Counted from the first letter of the stretch, positions 9,411 through 22,191 are shown. The stretch: 48,524 bases of DNA from Gemmatimonadota bacterium (GCA_016209965.1 JACQVE010000033.1:1-48524), one strand, 5' to 3'. The notes: generated by a model from the sequence alone, not told the origin. Numbers and translations are program-made.

Positions 9411-11672
9411 CTAGACCTCGAGATCCGCCTCGGCGAAGTGCTCCCGCCGCTGTACTCCCAGCACTCCGGTGACCCGCCGTATGGCCTTCATCACCTTCTT
9501 CAAGTGCGTCAGGTCATGCACCTCGACCACGAACGACCCCGTCATCCCGCCCTCCACCGCATTGATCTCGGCCGACTGGATGTTCGTGCCCGTGGCCGTG
9601 ATCGCGGAGGCAATGTCCGAGAGCAGCCCCCGCCGGTCGTTGCCCTCGACTACCAGCCGCACGAAGAAGCGGTCCCCCGCCTCGGCCTGCCACTCGATCT
9701 CGATGCGCCGCTCCGGATGATCTGCCAGGTTCAGCACGTTGGGGCAGTCCACCCGGTGGATCGAGATGCCCCGGCCTCGCGTGATGTAGCCGATCACCTC
9801 GTCGCCGGGGACGGGCTGGCAGCACTGCGAGTAACGGACCATCAGGTTCTCCAGCCCCTGGATGCGCACGCCCCGCGCGCCTCGCACCCGATCCACCAGC
9901 CGCTCGAATGCCGTGGACGGCCGCTGCGGCAGCGCGCCAGCCTCGTCGGGGAACAGCTCCTTCAGGATCGCGGACGGCCCCACCTCGCCCCGCCCCAGCG
10001 CCGCGTACAGGTGGTCCACGCTGGGCAGGCTCAGCGAGCCCGCCGCACCCTGGAGATGCTCCTCCGTCGGCCGCTCCTTGCGCGCCTTCTTCAGCTCCCG
10101 CTCCAGCAGCTCCTTCCCCAGCGCCAGCGAAGCGGAGAACTCCTCCTGCCGGATCCATTGCCGGATCTTCTGTCGCGCCCGCGCCGTCTTCACAAAGGCC
10201 AACCAGTCGCGGGACGGCCGCTGGCGCGGATCCCTCAGGACCTCGACCGTGTCGCCGTTAGCTAGCTCGCGCGAGAGCGGCGCGATCCGGCCGTTGACCT
10301 TCGCACCCGCGCAGTGGAGCCCCACTTCCGTGTGCACGGCGAAGGCAAAGTCAATCGGCGTCGCCCCCTTCGGCAACTGCTTCACGTCCCCCTTGGGCGT
10401 GAAAACGAAGATCTCGTCCTGGAAAAGATCGATCCGCAGGAACTCCATGAACTCTTCCGGCTCCCGTGTCTCCTGCTGCCATTCCAGCACCTGCCGGAAC
10501 CAGGTCAGCCGCTCGTCCACCTCGTCCGCCCTCGACTTCGGCCCCTCCTTGTAGCGCCAGTGCGCCGCAATCCCGTGCTCCGCCGTCCGATGCATCTCAT
10601 TCGTCCGGATCTGAATCTCGTACAGCCGCCCGCCCGGCCCGAAAATCGTCGTGTGCAGCGAGCGGTACATGTTCGACTTGGGCGTGGCGATGTAGTCGTG
10701 AAACCGCTCCTGCAGCGGCGTCCACTTGTTGTGGATCACACCCAGGGCGTGGTAGCAGTTGCCAATCGTGTCCGTGATCACGCGGATCGCCATGAGATCA
10801 TAGATCTCCTCGTAAGGCTTCCCGCGCTTGACCATCTTGCGGTGGATCGACCAGAGGTGCTTGGGACGGCCGTACACCTCGCACGGGATACCAACCTTCT
10901 TCAGCTCCGCCTCCAGCGGCTTGCGCAGCGCCTCGATCTGCTGCTCCCGCTCCTTGCGCCGCTCCGCCACGCCCTTGGCCAGTGTGCGGTATGCCTCCGG
11001 CTCCAGGTGCTTGAAAGCCAGATCCTCGAGCTCCCACCGGATCTGCGCCATTCCCAGCCGGTGCGCCAGCGGCGCATAGATCTCCCGGGTCTCCAGCGCG
11101 ATCCGCCGCCGCTTGTCCGCCCGCAGATGATCCAGCGTGCGCATGTTGTGCAGCCGGTCCGCCAGCTTGATCAGGATGACGCGCGCGTCCTGCGCCATCG
11201 AGAGCAGCAGCTTGCGGTAATTCTCCACCTGCTGCTCGGCCGTGGAAGGGAACTGCACCTTGCCGATCTTGGTAACGCCATCTACGATGGCCGCGATCTC
11301 CTTCCCGAATTCCGCCCGCACCTGCTCCAGCGTCGTGGCCGTGTCCTCGACCACGTCGTGGATCAGCCCGGCCGCAAGCGACATGCTGTCCAGGTGCAGG
11401 TCCGCTAGAATCTTCGCCACCTCGACGCAATGGATGATGTACCCCTCGCCGGAGGCACGCTTCTGCCCCGCGTGCGCCGCCTCGCTGAACCGGTACGCCC
11501 GCCCCAGCAGTCCGACATCCAGCCGGTCGGCGAAGGGCGCGACCGACGCCTGGAGCCGCGGTGGCAGGCTCTCGATGGAGTCTCTCTGGACTTGGGCTGT
11601 GGCTACGGAGCGCATGCCTAAAGATACGGCTAGGGGCGCGGCTGCGGGAGTGTCCAGTGCCAACCGTGCCAA
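9411..11672 (-). CDS. rel: Bifunctional (p)ppGpp synthetase/hydrolase (RelA/SpoT family)
   Basis: 753 aa. HD hydrolase region (HCVEVAKILADL...HDVVEDT), a synthetase region (YRSLHTTIFGP), and TGS- and ACT-like C-terminal regions. Confidence 0.95.
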   Translation of the reverse strand: MARLALDTPAAAPLAVSLGMRSVATAQVQRDSIESLPPRLQASVAPFADRLDVGLLGRAYRFSEAAHAGQKRASGEGYIIHCVEVAKILADLHLDSMSLAAGLIHDVVEDTATTLEQVRAEFGKEIAAIVDGVTKIGKVQFPSTAEQQVENYRKLLLSMAQDARVILIKLADRLHNMRTLDHLRADKRRRIALETREIYAPLAHRLGMAQIRWELEDLAFKHLEPEAYRTLAKGVAERRKEREQQIEALRKPLEAELKKVGIPCEVYGRPKHLWSIHRKMVKRGKPYEEIYDLMAIRVITDTIGNCYHALGVIHNKWTPLQERFHDYIATPKSNMYRSLHTTIFGPGGRLYEIQIRTNEMHRTAEHGIAAHWRYKEGPKSRADEVDERLTWFRQVLEWQQETREPEEFMEFLRIDLFQDEIFVFTPKGDVKQLPKGATPIDFAFAVHTEVGLHCAGAKVNGRIAPLSRELANGDTVEVLRDPRQRPSRDWLAFVKTARARQKIRQWIRQEEFSASLALGKELLERELKKARKERPTEEHLQGAAGSLSLPSVDHLYAALGRGEVGPSAILKELFPDEAGALPQRPSTAFERLVDRVRGARGVRIQGLENLMVRYSQCCQPVPGDEVIGYITRGRGISIHRVDCPNVLNLADHPERRIEIEWQAEAGDRFFVRLVVEGNDRRGLLSDIASAITATGTNIQSAEINAVEGGMTGSFVVEVHDLTHLKKVMKAIRRVTGVLGVQRREHFAEADLEV

Positions 11673-11678
11673 CCGGGG

Positions 11679-12374
11679 TCAGACGGGGGCGAGAAAGCCT
11701 GCTTCCGCGAAGGAAACGTAGTGGGCGTCGCCGATGATGATGTGGTCCAGAATGGGGATCCCCACCACCTCTCCGGCTTCGACCAGCTTCCGCGTCACGT
11801 CCCGGTCTTCGGGCGAGGGCGAAGCATCGCCGGAGGGATGGTTGTGCACCAGAATGACGGCCGCCGCGTTCTCGACAATCGCGGCGCGGAACACCTCGCG
11901 GGGGTGGACCACCGAGGTGTCGAGCGTCCCGCGGGTCACCACCAGCTCGCGGATCACCGCGTTTTGCGTATTCAGCACCAGGACCCGGAACTCCTCCTGC
12001 AGCAGGTCCCGCAGTGCGGGCGCGCACCACTCGAAGACGTCGGCGGGGCCGCGAATGCGCCCTCGCTCGACCGGCCCCTCGCGGGCCAGACGCCGGCCCA
12101 GCTCGAGCCCCGCTGCCACCCGAGCCGCTACTGCCGGGCCCACGCCCGCGACCTGCTCCAGCTCGGTCGCGGGGCAGGACGCCAGCCGCCGCAGAGAGCC
12201 CCGCGCCTGGTGCAGCAAGTCGCCCGCGACTTCCAGGGCCGATCGACCCGTAACGCCGCTCCCCACCAGGATCGCCAGGAGCTCGCGTGCGGACAGGGAT
12301 GCCGGCCCTGCCGCCTGCAGCCGCTCGCGCGGCCGCTCCGGCGCCGGCCACTCCTTGATCCGGTAGTGCACCAT
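11679..12374 (-). CDS. radC: RadC-family JAB/MPN domain protein
   Basis: N-terminal IKEWPAPERPRERL and the JAMM motif LVHNHPSGDASPSPED. Confidence 0.9.
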   Translation of the reverse strand: MVHYRIKEWPAPERPRERLQAAGPASLSARELLAILVGSGVTGRSALEVAGDLLHQARGSLRRLASCPATELEQVAGVGPAVAARVAAGLELGRRLAREGPVERGRIRGPADVFEWCAPALRDLLQEEFRVLVLNTQNAVIRELVVTRGTLDTSVVHPREVFRAAIVENAAAVILVHNHPSGDASPSPEDRDVTRKLVEAGEVVGIPILDHIIIGDAHYVSFAEAGFLAPV

Positions 12375-12380
12375 AGCAGC

Positions 12381-12406
12381 CTTAATGGTCGAATTCGACC
12401 ATTAAG
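12381..12406. promoter_or_regulatory. Perfect 26-bp palindrome CTTAATGGTCGAATTCGACCATTAAG
   Basis: Read directly. It fills the 32-nt gap between the secA stop and the radC ATG and is AT-rich relative to its surroundings. Confidence 0.9.
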
Positions 12407-15721
<3,315 letters not shown>

Positions 15722-15798
15722 GGGCCCATCACATCCTCAGGGGCAGGCAAAACGCGCATCCATTATGCTACCCCTACGCGATCGTCAGCGGTCCGCCC

Positions 15799-16386
15799 TT
15801 ACCTCCCGGCTGCGGGCCGGTAGAGACCGTTCTGCTCAATGAGCGTGACCACCTCGAGCGGCACCAGGTAGCGGATCGACTCGCCCGCGGCTACCCGCCG
15901 CCGGATCTCCGTAGCCGAGACATCCACCCTGGTGACCGGCAGCACGGTGTACGGCACCGCAACGGCGGGCTCTGCCCGGCGCACGCCCCCACGCGCAAGC
16001 ATGACTACCGTGGCCAGGCGGGCGATCTCCTCCGGCGCGCGCCAGCTATGCATCTCTCGCAGTTGGTCCGCCCCCACCAGAAAAAAGAGCGCCACCCCCG
16101 GGTAGCGCTCTCGCAGCTCGCGCAGAGTATCCACGCTGTACGATGGCCCGCTCCGGCGCAGCTCGAGATCGCTCACCTCGAAGCGAGCGTCCCCCGCCGT
16201 GGCCACCCGCAGCATGGCCAGCCGGACCGCTGCTGGGCTGATCGCCCGGCCCGGCTTGTGTGGCGGCCGACCCGCGGGCACGAAGACCACCCGATCCAGC
16301 TCCAGCGCCGACCAGGCATCCTGGGCCGCGATCAGGTGGCCGATATGGGGAGGGTCGAACGTGCCCCCCAGGATCCCCAACCTCAC
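15799..16386 (-). CDS. nadD: Nicotinate-nucleotide adenylyltransferase
   Basis: GILGGTFDPPHIGH nucleotidyltransferase motif. The GTG start overlaps the bamD stop (GTGA). Confidence 0.9.
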   Translation of the reverse strand: MRLGILGGTFDPPHIGHLIAAQDAWSALELDRVVFVPAGRPPHKPGRAISPAAVRLAMLRVATAGDARFEVSDLELRRSGPSYSVDTLRELRERYPGVALFFLVGADQLREMHSWRAPEEIARLATVVMLARGGVRRAEPAVAVPYTVLPVTRVDVSATEIRRRVAAGESIRYLVPLEVVTLIEQNGLYRPAAGR

Positions 16387-17147
16387 GGGCTGCTGGCGAG
16401 CGAGATTTGCTCGACCTGCTTCGCCTCGGCGCTACCCGGGTACTCCTTCAGCAGCCGTTGCCGCGCCGCTTCCGCTTCATCCAGATACCCGATCTGCCGG
16501 TACGCCTGCACCAGCCGGAGCAGCGCGCGCGGCGCAGCCGCGGCGCGCGGGTACTGCCGAACCAGGTCCTCGAAGTAAATGATGGCCGAGTCGTAGGCCC
16601 GGCGACGGTAGTAGAATTCGCCGCCAATCAACACCTTCTCGGCGAGTTTCTCCTCCATGCCGCGGATGATCTCCTGCGCACGGGGCACGTACTCGCTGCT
16701 GGGGAAGTAGGCGACGAGCGAGCGGCAATGTTCGATCGCGGCCCGCGTGTACTGCTGGTCGCGTTGGACATCTGGCGAGAGCAGCCGGTAGGCATCGCAC
16801 ACCTTGAAGCGGGCATCGTCCGCGTAGGCACCGGTCGGGAAGTCGGTGGCCACCCGCACGAACTCCGTGGCCGCCGTAACATACTCCTTCTTGTGGAAAT
16901 ACGAATCCGCCAGGTAGAAGCGGGCCTCCTGCAGCCGTGGGTGCGTGGGATACTCGAGCGTCAGCCGCTCCAAAAGGCGGATGGCGTCCGTCCAGTCGCG
17001 GGCCTGATACTCCTTCAGCCCCCGCTCGAACAGCGCCTCCGCCGCCAGCTGCCCCGCGCCCGCGCCGCCGGAGGCACACCCGGCCCACAGCGCCGCCCCC
17101 AGCAGCAGCAGAATCGAGCTCTCGTTAAGGCGTCGGTTGGTCATCAT
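16383..17147 (-). CDS. bamD: Outer-membrane assembly lipoprotein BamD/YfiO-like (TPR)
   Basis: Lipobox LWAGC after a signal peptide. TPR-like repeats and size (254 aa) fit BamD. Confidence 0.75.
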   Translation of the reverse strand: MMTNRRLNESSILLLLGAALWAGCASGGAGAGQLAAEALFERGLKEYQARDWTDAIRLLERLTLEYPTHPRLQEARFYLADSYFHKKEYVTAATEFVRVATDFPTGAYADDARFKVCDAYRLLSPDVQRDQQYTRAAIEHCRSLVAYFPSSEYVPRAQEIIRGMEEKLAEKVLIGGEFYYRRRAYDSAIIYFEDLVRQYPRAAAAPRALLRLVQAYRQIGYLDEAEAARQRLLKEYPGSAEAKQVEQISLASSP

Positions 17148-17248
17148 CCGGCCCTGCTACCCTCCCCACCACCACTGGGTTTCCCTTCCGCGCTGGTCCA
17201 GGATGGTGCATGCCGCGCGCCAGCGCCATGGCTCGAGAGGACAGCCGC

Positions 17249-18214
17249 TCACGGGCCGAAGCGGATTTCATCAATGCGGCGCTGGGCTCGCTCGACGAGC
17301 TGGCCGGTGCGGGCCGGATTCAGCTCCAGAACTTTCCGGAACGCGACCAGCGCCTCGTCCGGCCGGCCCACGGTCAGAAGGATCTCGCCGCGCTCGAACC
17401 AGGCCTGATCCTGCAGGTTCTCGGGCACACCGAGCTGCAGCACGCGATCCAGGTATTGCAGCGCCGGTCCGAGCTGACCTCCCGCGCGCGCTTCGCGCGC
17501 CAGCTCGAAGCTGCAACGGCCGATATGCCAGCGCGCCTCTCCTGCACGGGTCCGGCCCGCCGCCGGCGTCGCTGCCGTGAAACCCCCTTGCGCACGTTGC
17601 TGGAAGGCCTCGAAGTAAGAAACCGCCTCCCTGCAGTTCCCCTGCGCGCGCTGCACTTCAGCCATCTCGTACAGCAGATCGGGCACCGAATCTGGCGCCG
17701 CCTGCGCCAGCGCCCGCTGGTAGAAATCAGTTGCTCGTCGCGCATCACCCGTTTGCACGTAGTAGCGGGCCAGCGGCACAAGCAACTCGGCAACTTCGAG
17801 CTCCGGCCTCAGCTCCAGGGCCGCTTCCGTCGCGCCCGCAGCGCCGTAGACATCGCCCCGGCGCAGCGCCCGCTGCGCCAGTGTGATGTAGTCGAAGATC
17901 GCCTGATCGCTATACTCGGGCGCCCGGCTCAGCAGACGCTGGTAGACTTCGCGCGCGCGGTCCCACTGATCGGTCTGACTGTAGGCGTGGGCCAGGCGAG
18001 CGAGCACCGCCTCGCCGGCGCCGCGCTGCCGTTCGGCCAGCCGGTATTCGGCCAGGGCGGCCCGGTAGGCGGAATCGGCCCACAGCCGGTCGCCGCGGGC
18101 CAGGGCAGGCTCGCCACGCCGGCAACCGGCGAGCGCCGGCGTGCAGAGCAGTGTCGCGATGACCACTGCGCGGCGGGCGGAACCAATGCAATGGTGGAGG
18201 GACTCAGCCGGCAT
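17249..18214 (-). CDS. TPR-repeat lipoprotein
   Basis: Signal peptide with lipobox ALAGC, followed by multiple TPR-like A/Y/L-rich repeats. 321 aa. Confidence 0.7.
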   Translation of the reverse strand: MPAESLHHCIGSARRAVVIATLLCTPALAGCRRGEPALARGDRLWADSAYRAALAEYRLAERQRGAGEAVLARLAHAYSQTDQWDRAREVYQRLLSRAPEYSDQAIFDYITLAQRALRRGDVYGAAGATEAALELRPELEVAELLVPLARYYVQTGDARRATDFYQRALAQAAPDSVPDLLYEMAEVQRAQGNCREAVSYFEAFQQRAQGGFTAATPAAGRTRAGEARWHIGRCSFELAREARAGGQLGPALQYLDRVLQLGVPENLQDQAWFERGEILLTVGRPDEALVAFRKVLELNPARTGQLVERAQRRIDEIRFGP

Positions 18215-18947
18215 CCCGGCCAGGTTCCGCCGGCGTGACCTCGCCGCCCAGCAAGGCGAGATATGCCCGGACCTGAGGGTTGCTGGGTGACTGCTCCCGG
18301 CAATGCTCCCATTCCCGGGCCGCGTGCTCCCGCTCGCCGCGCCGATAATACACCAGCCCCAGGTTCAGGCGCGCGGCCAGAAAGCGCCCGTTGCCTTCCA
18401 GCACCGTGGTCAGCTCCGCCTCCGCGGCCTCGAGCTCGCCCAGTTGTAGGAGCGTCTGCGCCAGCTTGTTCCGGATGTCCAGGAAGCGGGGGCGCAGCTC
18501 GAGGGCGCGCCGGTACTCCTCCGCCGCCTCGGCCAGTGCGTACGCCTCCAGGTACAGGTCGCCCAACCCCGCGTGCGCATTGGCGAGCCGGCCGGCAACG
18601 CCAGCCGGGAAACGGCCGAACGGATCGGCCTCGTACATGCCCGCCCGCTCGAAGGATTCCTGCGCCTCCTCGTAGCGGCCCAGCTCATTCAGCGTGATCG
18701 CGCGGTTCAAGTGAGCCTCGACGTACTGCTCGTTCAGCTCGAGTGCGCGGTCAAATTCATCCAGAGCCGCCTCCGGTTGACCCAGAAAACTCAGGCAGAG
18801 CGCCGTCAGGTGGTGGATGTCCGCAAAATTCGGATGGCTCCTTAGCACCTCGCGGAAGTCGGCGAGCGCCGCCACGTAGTCCCGGCGCTCGAAGGAGTCC
18901 CGCCCCCGCTCGATGAGCTGCCGAATCTCCGGATCCATGACCCGCAA
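18204..18947 (-). CDS. TPR-repeat protein (no signal peptide)
   Basis: Repeated TPR-like units (ALADFREVL..., ALELNEQYVEAHLNRA..., ALELRPRFLD...). The track start is TTG. The ATG at complement of 18936-18938 (MDPEIRQ) is an equally plausible start. It overlaps the downstream TPR gene by 11 nt. Confidence 0.7.
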   Translation of the reverse strand: MRVMDPEIRQLIERGRDSFERRDYVAALADFREVLRSHPNFADIHHLTALCLSFLGQPEAALDEFDRALELNEQYVEAHLNRAITLNELGRYEEAQESFERAGMYEADPFGRFPAGVAGRLANAHAGLGDLYLEAYALAEAAEEYRRALELRPRFLDIRNKLAQTLLQLGELEAAEAELTTVLEGNGRFLAARLNLGLVYYRRGEREHAAREWEHCREQSPSNPQVRAYLALLGGEVTPAEPGRDAG

Positions 18948-19118
18948 ATTACTGGATGCCGGGCACCGCCGCTACTCTCCCGCTGCCCGGCTGCCCGGCG
19001 CTGGCTCGCCCCCCCAGCCGCCAGCGCACGGAACATTCTGAGCGCCAGGCATGTTTAATGCGCAAGAGGAAGAGACTGAAATCCTCGCCAGCCCCCATTG
19101 TGCAGGAGTGATCGTTTC

Positions 19119-19688
19119 ATGTCACCAGAATCGCTGCCCGTCCGACTGCGGCAGGCACGTGGCGCCACGAGTTTGGCCGAGGCGACCGAGCGCACCGGGA
19201 TCCCGGCCGAGCGGATCCGCATGTACGAGGAAGGGGAGCGCCGGCCGTACGGCAAGACGCTGCGCCTGCTTGCCGATGCCTATGGCACGACCGTGGCCGC
19301 CCTGGTCGGCCCGGGCGACGTAGCCAGGCCCGCCCCCGGCTTCGCCGCACGCCGGCGCCGGCGCCGCAGGATCGTGGGCCAGTCAGCCGTCCATTCTGTA
19401 GAGGTGCCCGTGGAGGTTGCGGAGGGACAGGTGGTGCGGGTGGTGATCGAGCTGATCATCCGCCCCAGGGCGCCGCTGCATGTCGCGGAGCCGACGGCGG
19501 AGGCGGCGGGCACGGGAGTGATTCCGGGTCTGGGCGCCGGCGCACCCGCATTGACCCGACCGGCTCCGGAACCGCTGCCGGCCGGCCTACCCAGCGCCGG
19601 CAATGGTGGCCGCGAGCTGCGCGAGCCGCGCGACCAGCTTTCCGAGGTGAGGCGCGCCTACAAGGAGTTCAGGCGGGACAGAAGGTAG
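19119..19688 (+). CDS. XRE-family helix-turn-helix protein with Arg-run and Pro/Ala-rich tail
   Basis: The N-terminal ~65 aa (LRQARGATSLAEATERTGIPAERIRMYEEGERRPYGKTLRLLADAYG) form a Cro/C1-type HTH. AGGAG lies 10 nt upstream of the ATG at 19119. The track start at 19098 lacks an SD. Confidence 0.7.
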   Translation: MSPESLPVRLRQARGATSLAEATERTGIPAERIRMYEEGERRPYGKTLRLLADAYGTTVAALVGPGDVARPAPGFAARRRRRRRIVGQSAVHSVEVPVEVAEGQVVRVVIELIIRPRAPLHVAEPTAEAAGTGVIPGLGAGAPALTRPAPEPLPAGLPSAGNGGRELREPRDQLSEVRRAYKEFRRDRR

Positions 19689-19698
19689 GGAGAGGGCT

Positions 19699-21042
19699 TC
19701 AGCTCACACGGCGCCCGATTTCCTGGAGCACGAACTCGCTGAAGGGAATCGCGCAGGTGAAGGCCGGCGAGACCGCGTTCAGCACGTGAAAGGAGCGGTC
19801 GTCGCCCTCCAGGCAAAAGTCCATTTCCAGCGTGCGGCGCCGGACATCGAAGAGCTGGGCGCGGATCCCGGCCGGCCCCCAGCTCGGGTAGTGCGCCCGC
19901 TCTATCCCCGTGGCCAGGCCGGCCGCCAGGCGAAGCAGGTGTGGCTTCCAGTACTTGGGGAGCTCGCGCAAGGCCAGCCCGCGAAAACCAGAATCGTTGC
20001 GCAGGAACAGCACGCCTTCGCGCCCTACGATCTCGGCGAACTCGCGCCACCGGAAGTTCGTCCCCCCGCGGTAGTGCTCCCGCCAGAACGCCGGGATGGC
20101 CGTGGGCCCCACCTTGCTCCCCCCGGCCGGCGTCACGGTGAGGTGCACACCCAGGAACGGGTTGTCGAGTCGGGGCACGGGGTAAATGTTGGTGCGCAGC
20201 GGCGGCGCGCCCGCTGCCGAATGCAGGTAAAGCCCCTTGAAGGGCAGAATCCGGTAGCGTTCCGAGAAGCCGAAGTCGCGGGCCACCGTGTCTGCGTATA
20301 GCCCGGCCGCGTTAATGACGTAGCCGGCCGAGATCGGCCCTGCCGTCGTCTCGATCTGCGCGCCGCGCCTGCCCCGGTAAGCCGTGGCCCCGACGAGCTC
20401 GACGCCGGCCAGGCGCGCATCTGCGACCAGCGCCTCGACGATCTGGCGGGGATTCACTACGGCCGTGGTCGGGGAGAAGAGTGCGCGTTCGAAGGTGCGC
20501 ACCCGAGGCTCGATCTTGCGGGCGTCCGCCGCGCTCAGCTCCTCGAGCGCCACGCCGCTCCGCCGGGCACGCCGGACCAGCTCCTCCATGGCGTCCAACT
20601 CGGCGCGGCTGCGTGCCACCACCAGCTTGCCGCAGCAGTGCAGCAACAGCCCGCGCTCCCGGCAGTACTCCGTCCAGCGCTGGTTGCCCCGGCGCGTGAA
20701 CCGCGCCTTCAGACTGTCCGCCGTGTAGTAGAAGCCCGCGTGCAGCACACCACTGCTCCGGCCCGTGGCGTGCCGGCCCCAGCCGCTTTCCTTCTCGATC
20801 AGGGTGACCCGGCAGTCCGGGTGGCGACGCCGGCATTCGAGCGCCAGCGTGAGCCCGATCACGCCGCCACCGATCACCAGGAAGTCAGTCACCGGCGGCA
20901 GCGCTATCCGACCGCTATTCGTCGTGTTCACAGCCGCCACCGGCGTCCCCCCAGCCCACCCCGCCCGGGTCCCGAAACGCGCAGCGGCCAGGCCGCCGCT
21001 CGCGGCCTGGCCGCTGCACTGGAGCAGGCCGGGCCCATCCAT
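19699..21042 (-). CDS. lhgO: FAD-dependent L-2-hydroxyglutarate oxidase-like oxidoreductase
   Basis: DFLVIGGGVIGL dinucleotide fold. EKESGWGRHATGRSSGVLHAGFYY, PFLGVHLT, AGIRAQ and VLNAVSPAFT all track E. coli LhgO as I remember it. The true start may be an internal GTG (about 20931 or 20892). Confidence 0.75.
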   Translation of the reverse strand: MDGPGLLQCSGQAASGGLAAARFGTRAGWAGGTPVAAVNTTNSGRIALPPVTDFLVIGGGVIGLTLALECRRRHPDCRVTLIEKESGWGRHATGRSSGVLHAGFYYTADSLKARFTRRGNQRWTEYCRERGLLLHCCGKLVVARSRAELDAMEELVRRARRSGVALEELSAADARKIEPRVRTFERALFSPTTAVVNPRQIVEALVADARLAGVELVGATAYRGRRGAQIETTAGPISAGYVINAAGLYADTVARDFGFSERYRILPFKGLYLHSAAGAPPLRTNIYPVPRLDNPFLGVHLTVTPAGGSKVGPTAIPAFWREHYRGGTNFRWREFAEIVGREGVLFLRNDSGFRGLALRELPKYWKPHLLRLAAGLATGIERAHYPSWGPAGIRAQLFDVRRRTLEMDFCLEGDDRSFHVLNAVSPAFTCAIPFSEFVLQEIGRRVS

Positions 21043-21063
21043 CCAGGCCCAGCCGCTTGCGCC

Positions 21064-22113
21064 TCACACTCGAGCCGCCCAGCTCTCGATCCATTTCCGG
21101 CTCAACTCGTACGCCCGCTCCGCCGCTTCCCCCCACCACCCGGCATGGGCAAGGTACCAGGCCACGGTGTGGCGCAGCCCCTCCTCGAAGCTGCGCTGCG
21201 GCGCCCAGCCCAGCTCCCGACTGGCCTTGGCGAAGCTCATGGCGTACCGCCGGTCGTGCCCCGGCCGGTCCGCCACCAGGATCAGCAGCTCGGGCGCCGC
21301 GCCCAACAGCTCGATAATGCCCTCGACCACCGCCATATTCGCCCGCTCCGCGCCGCCGCCGAAGTTGTACACCTCCCCCGATCGGCCACGCTCTAACGCC
21401 AGTAGCACACCCCGGCAATGGTCCTCCACGTGAATCCAGTCCCGACGCTGGCCGCCATCGCCGTAGACCGGCAGGGGCAGCCCCCGCGCCGCCGATGTGA
21501 TCATGAGCGGAATCAGCTTCTCGGGGTGCTGGTACGGGCCGTAGTTGTTCGAGCAGCGGGTCACGACCACGTCCAGGGCGTGGGTATGGTGGAAAGCCAG
21601 CGCCATCTGGTCGGCTGCCGCTTTGCTCGCACTGTAGGGGGAGCGGGGGGCGAGGGGCGTCTGTTCGGTGAAGGGCGGGTCGTCGGGGCCCAGTGCGCCG
21701 TAGACCTCGTCCGTCCCCATCTGCAGGTGTCGGACGCGCCCCAGCTCGAGCGCCGCCTCGAGCAGCACCAGCGTGCCCTCTACGTTGGTGCGCAGGAAGT
21801 CGCTGCCGTCTTCAATGGACCGATCCACGTGAGTCTCGGCCGCGCAGTGCACGACCGCCTCGAAGCGCTCCTCCCCGTACAGCCTGGCCGCCAGCGCGCG
21901 GTCCGCCACGTCGCCGTGCACGAAGCGGTAGTGCGCGCCCTCCTCCACCCCGGAGAGGTTGGCCGGGTTGGCCGCGTAGGTGAGCGCGTCCAGGTTGACC
22001 ACACGCCATCCGGGGCGCTCCACGCGGATCAGGTGGATCAGGTTGCTGCCAACGAACCCGCAGCCGCCCGTCACCAAAACGTTCAACGGCGGCTCCCGGG
22101 CAGCGGTCCGCAT
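21064..22113 (-). CDS. rfbB: dTDP-glucose 4,6-dehydratase
   Basis: Motifs seen: VLVTGGCGFVGSN, YSASKAAAD (YxxxK) and DRPGHDRRYA. Confidence 0.92.
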   Translation of the reverse strand: MRTAAREPPLNVLVTGGCGFVGSNLIHLIRVERPGWRVVNLDALTYAANPANLSGVEEGAHYRFVHGDVADRALAARLYGEERFEAVVHCAAETHVDRSIEDGSDFLRTNVEGTLVLLEAALELGRVRHLQMGTDEVYGALGPDDPPFTEQTPLAPRSPYSASKAAADQMALAFHHTHALDVVVTRCSNNYGPYQHPEKLIPLMITSAARGLPLPVYGDGGQRRDWIHVEDHCRGVLLALERGRSGEVYNFGGGAERANMAVVEGIIELLGAAPELLILVADRPGHDRRYAMSFAKASRELGWAPQRSFEEGLRHTVAWYLAHAGWWGEAAERAYELSRKWIESWAARV

Positions 22114-22191
22114 GCCCCGCAGCCGCTTCTCGATAGCACACGCAATGCCGCCGCGCTGGCCGAATCCGAGACACTCCGCGACACGCGCGCC

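Noticed and set aside
15762-15788. Possible secA promoter on the minus strand: CTGACG, 15 nt, CATAAT.
   Set aside because: The 15-nt spacer is suboptimal and the -35 matches only 4 of 6 positions. This is too weak to list as a feature.
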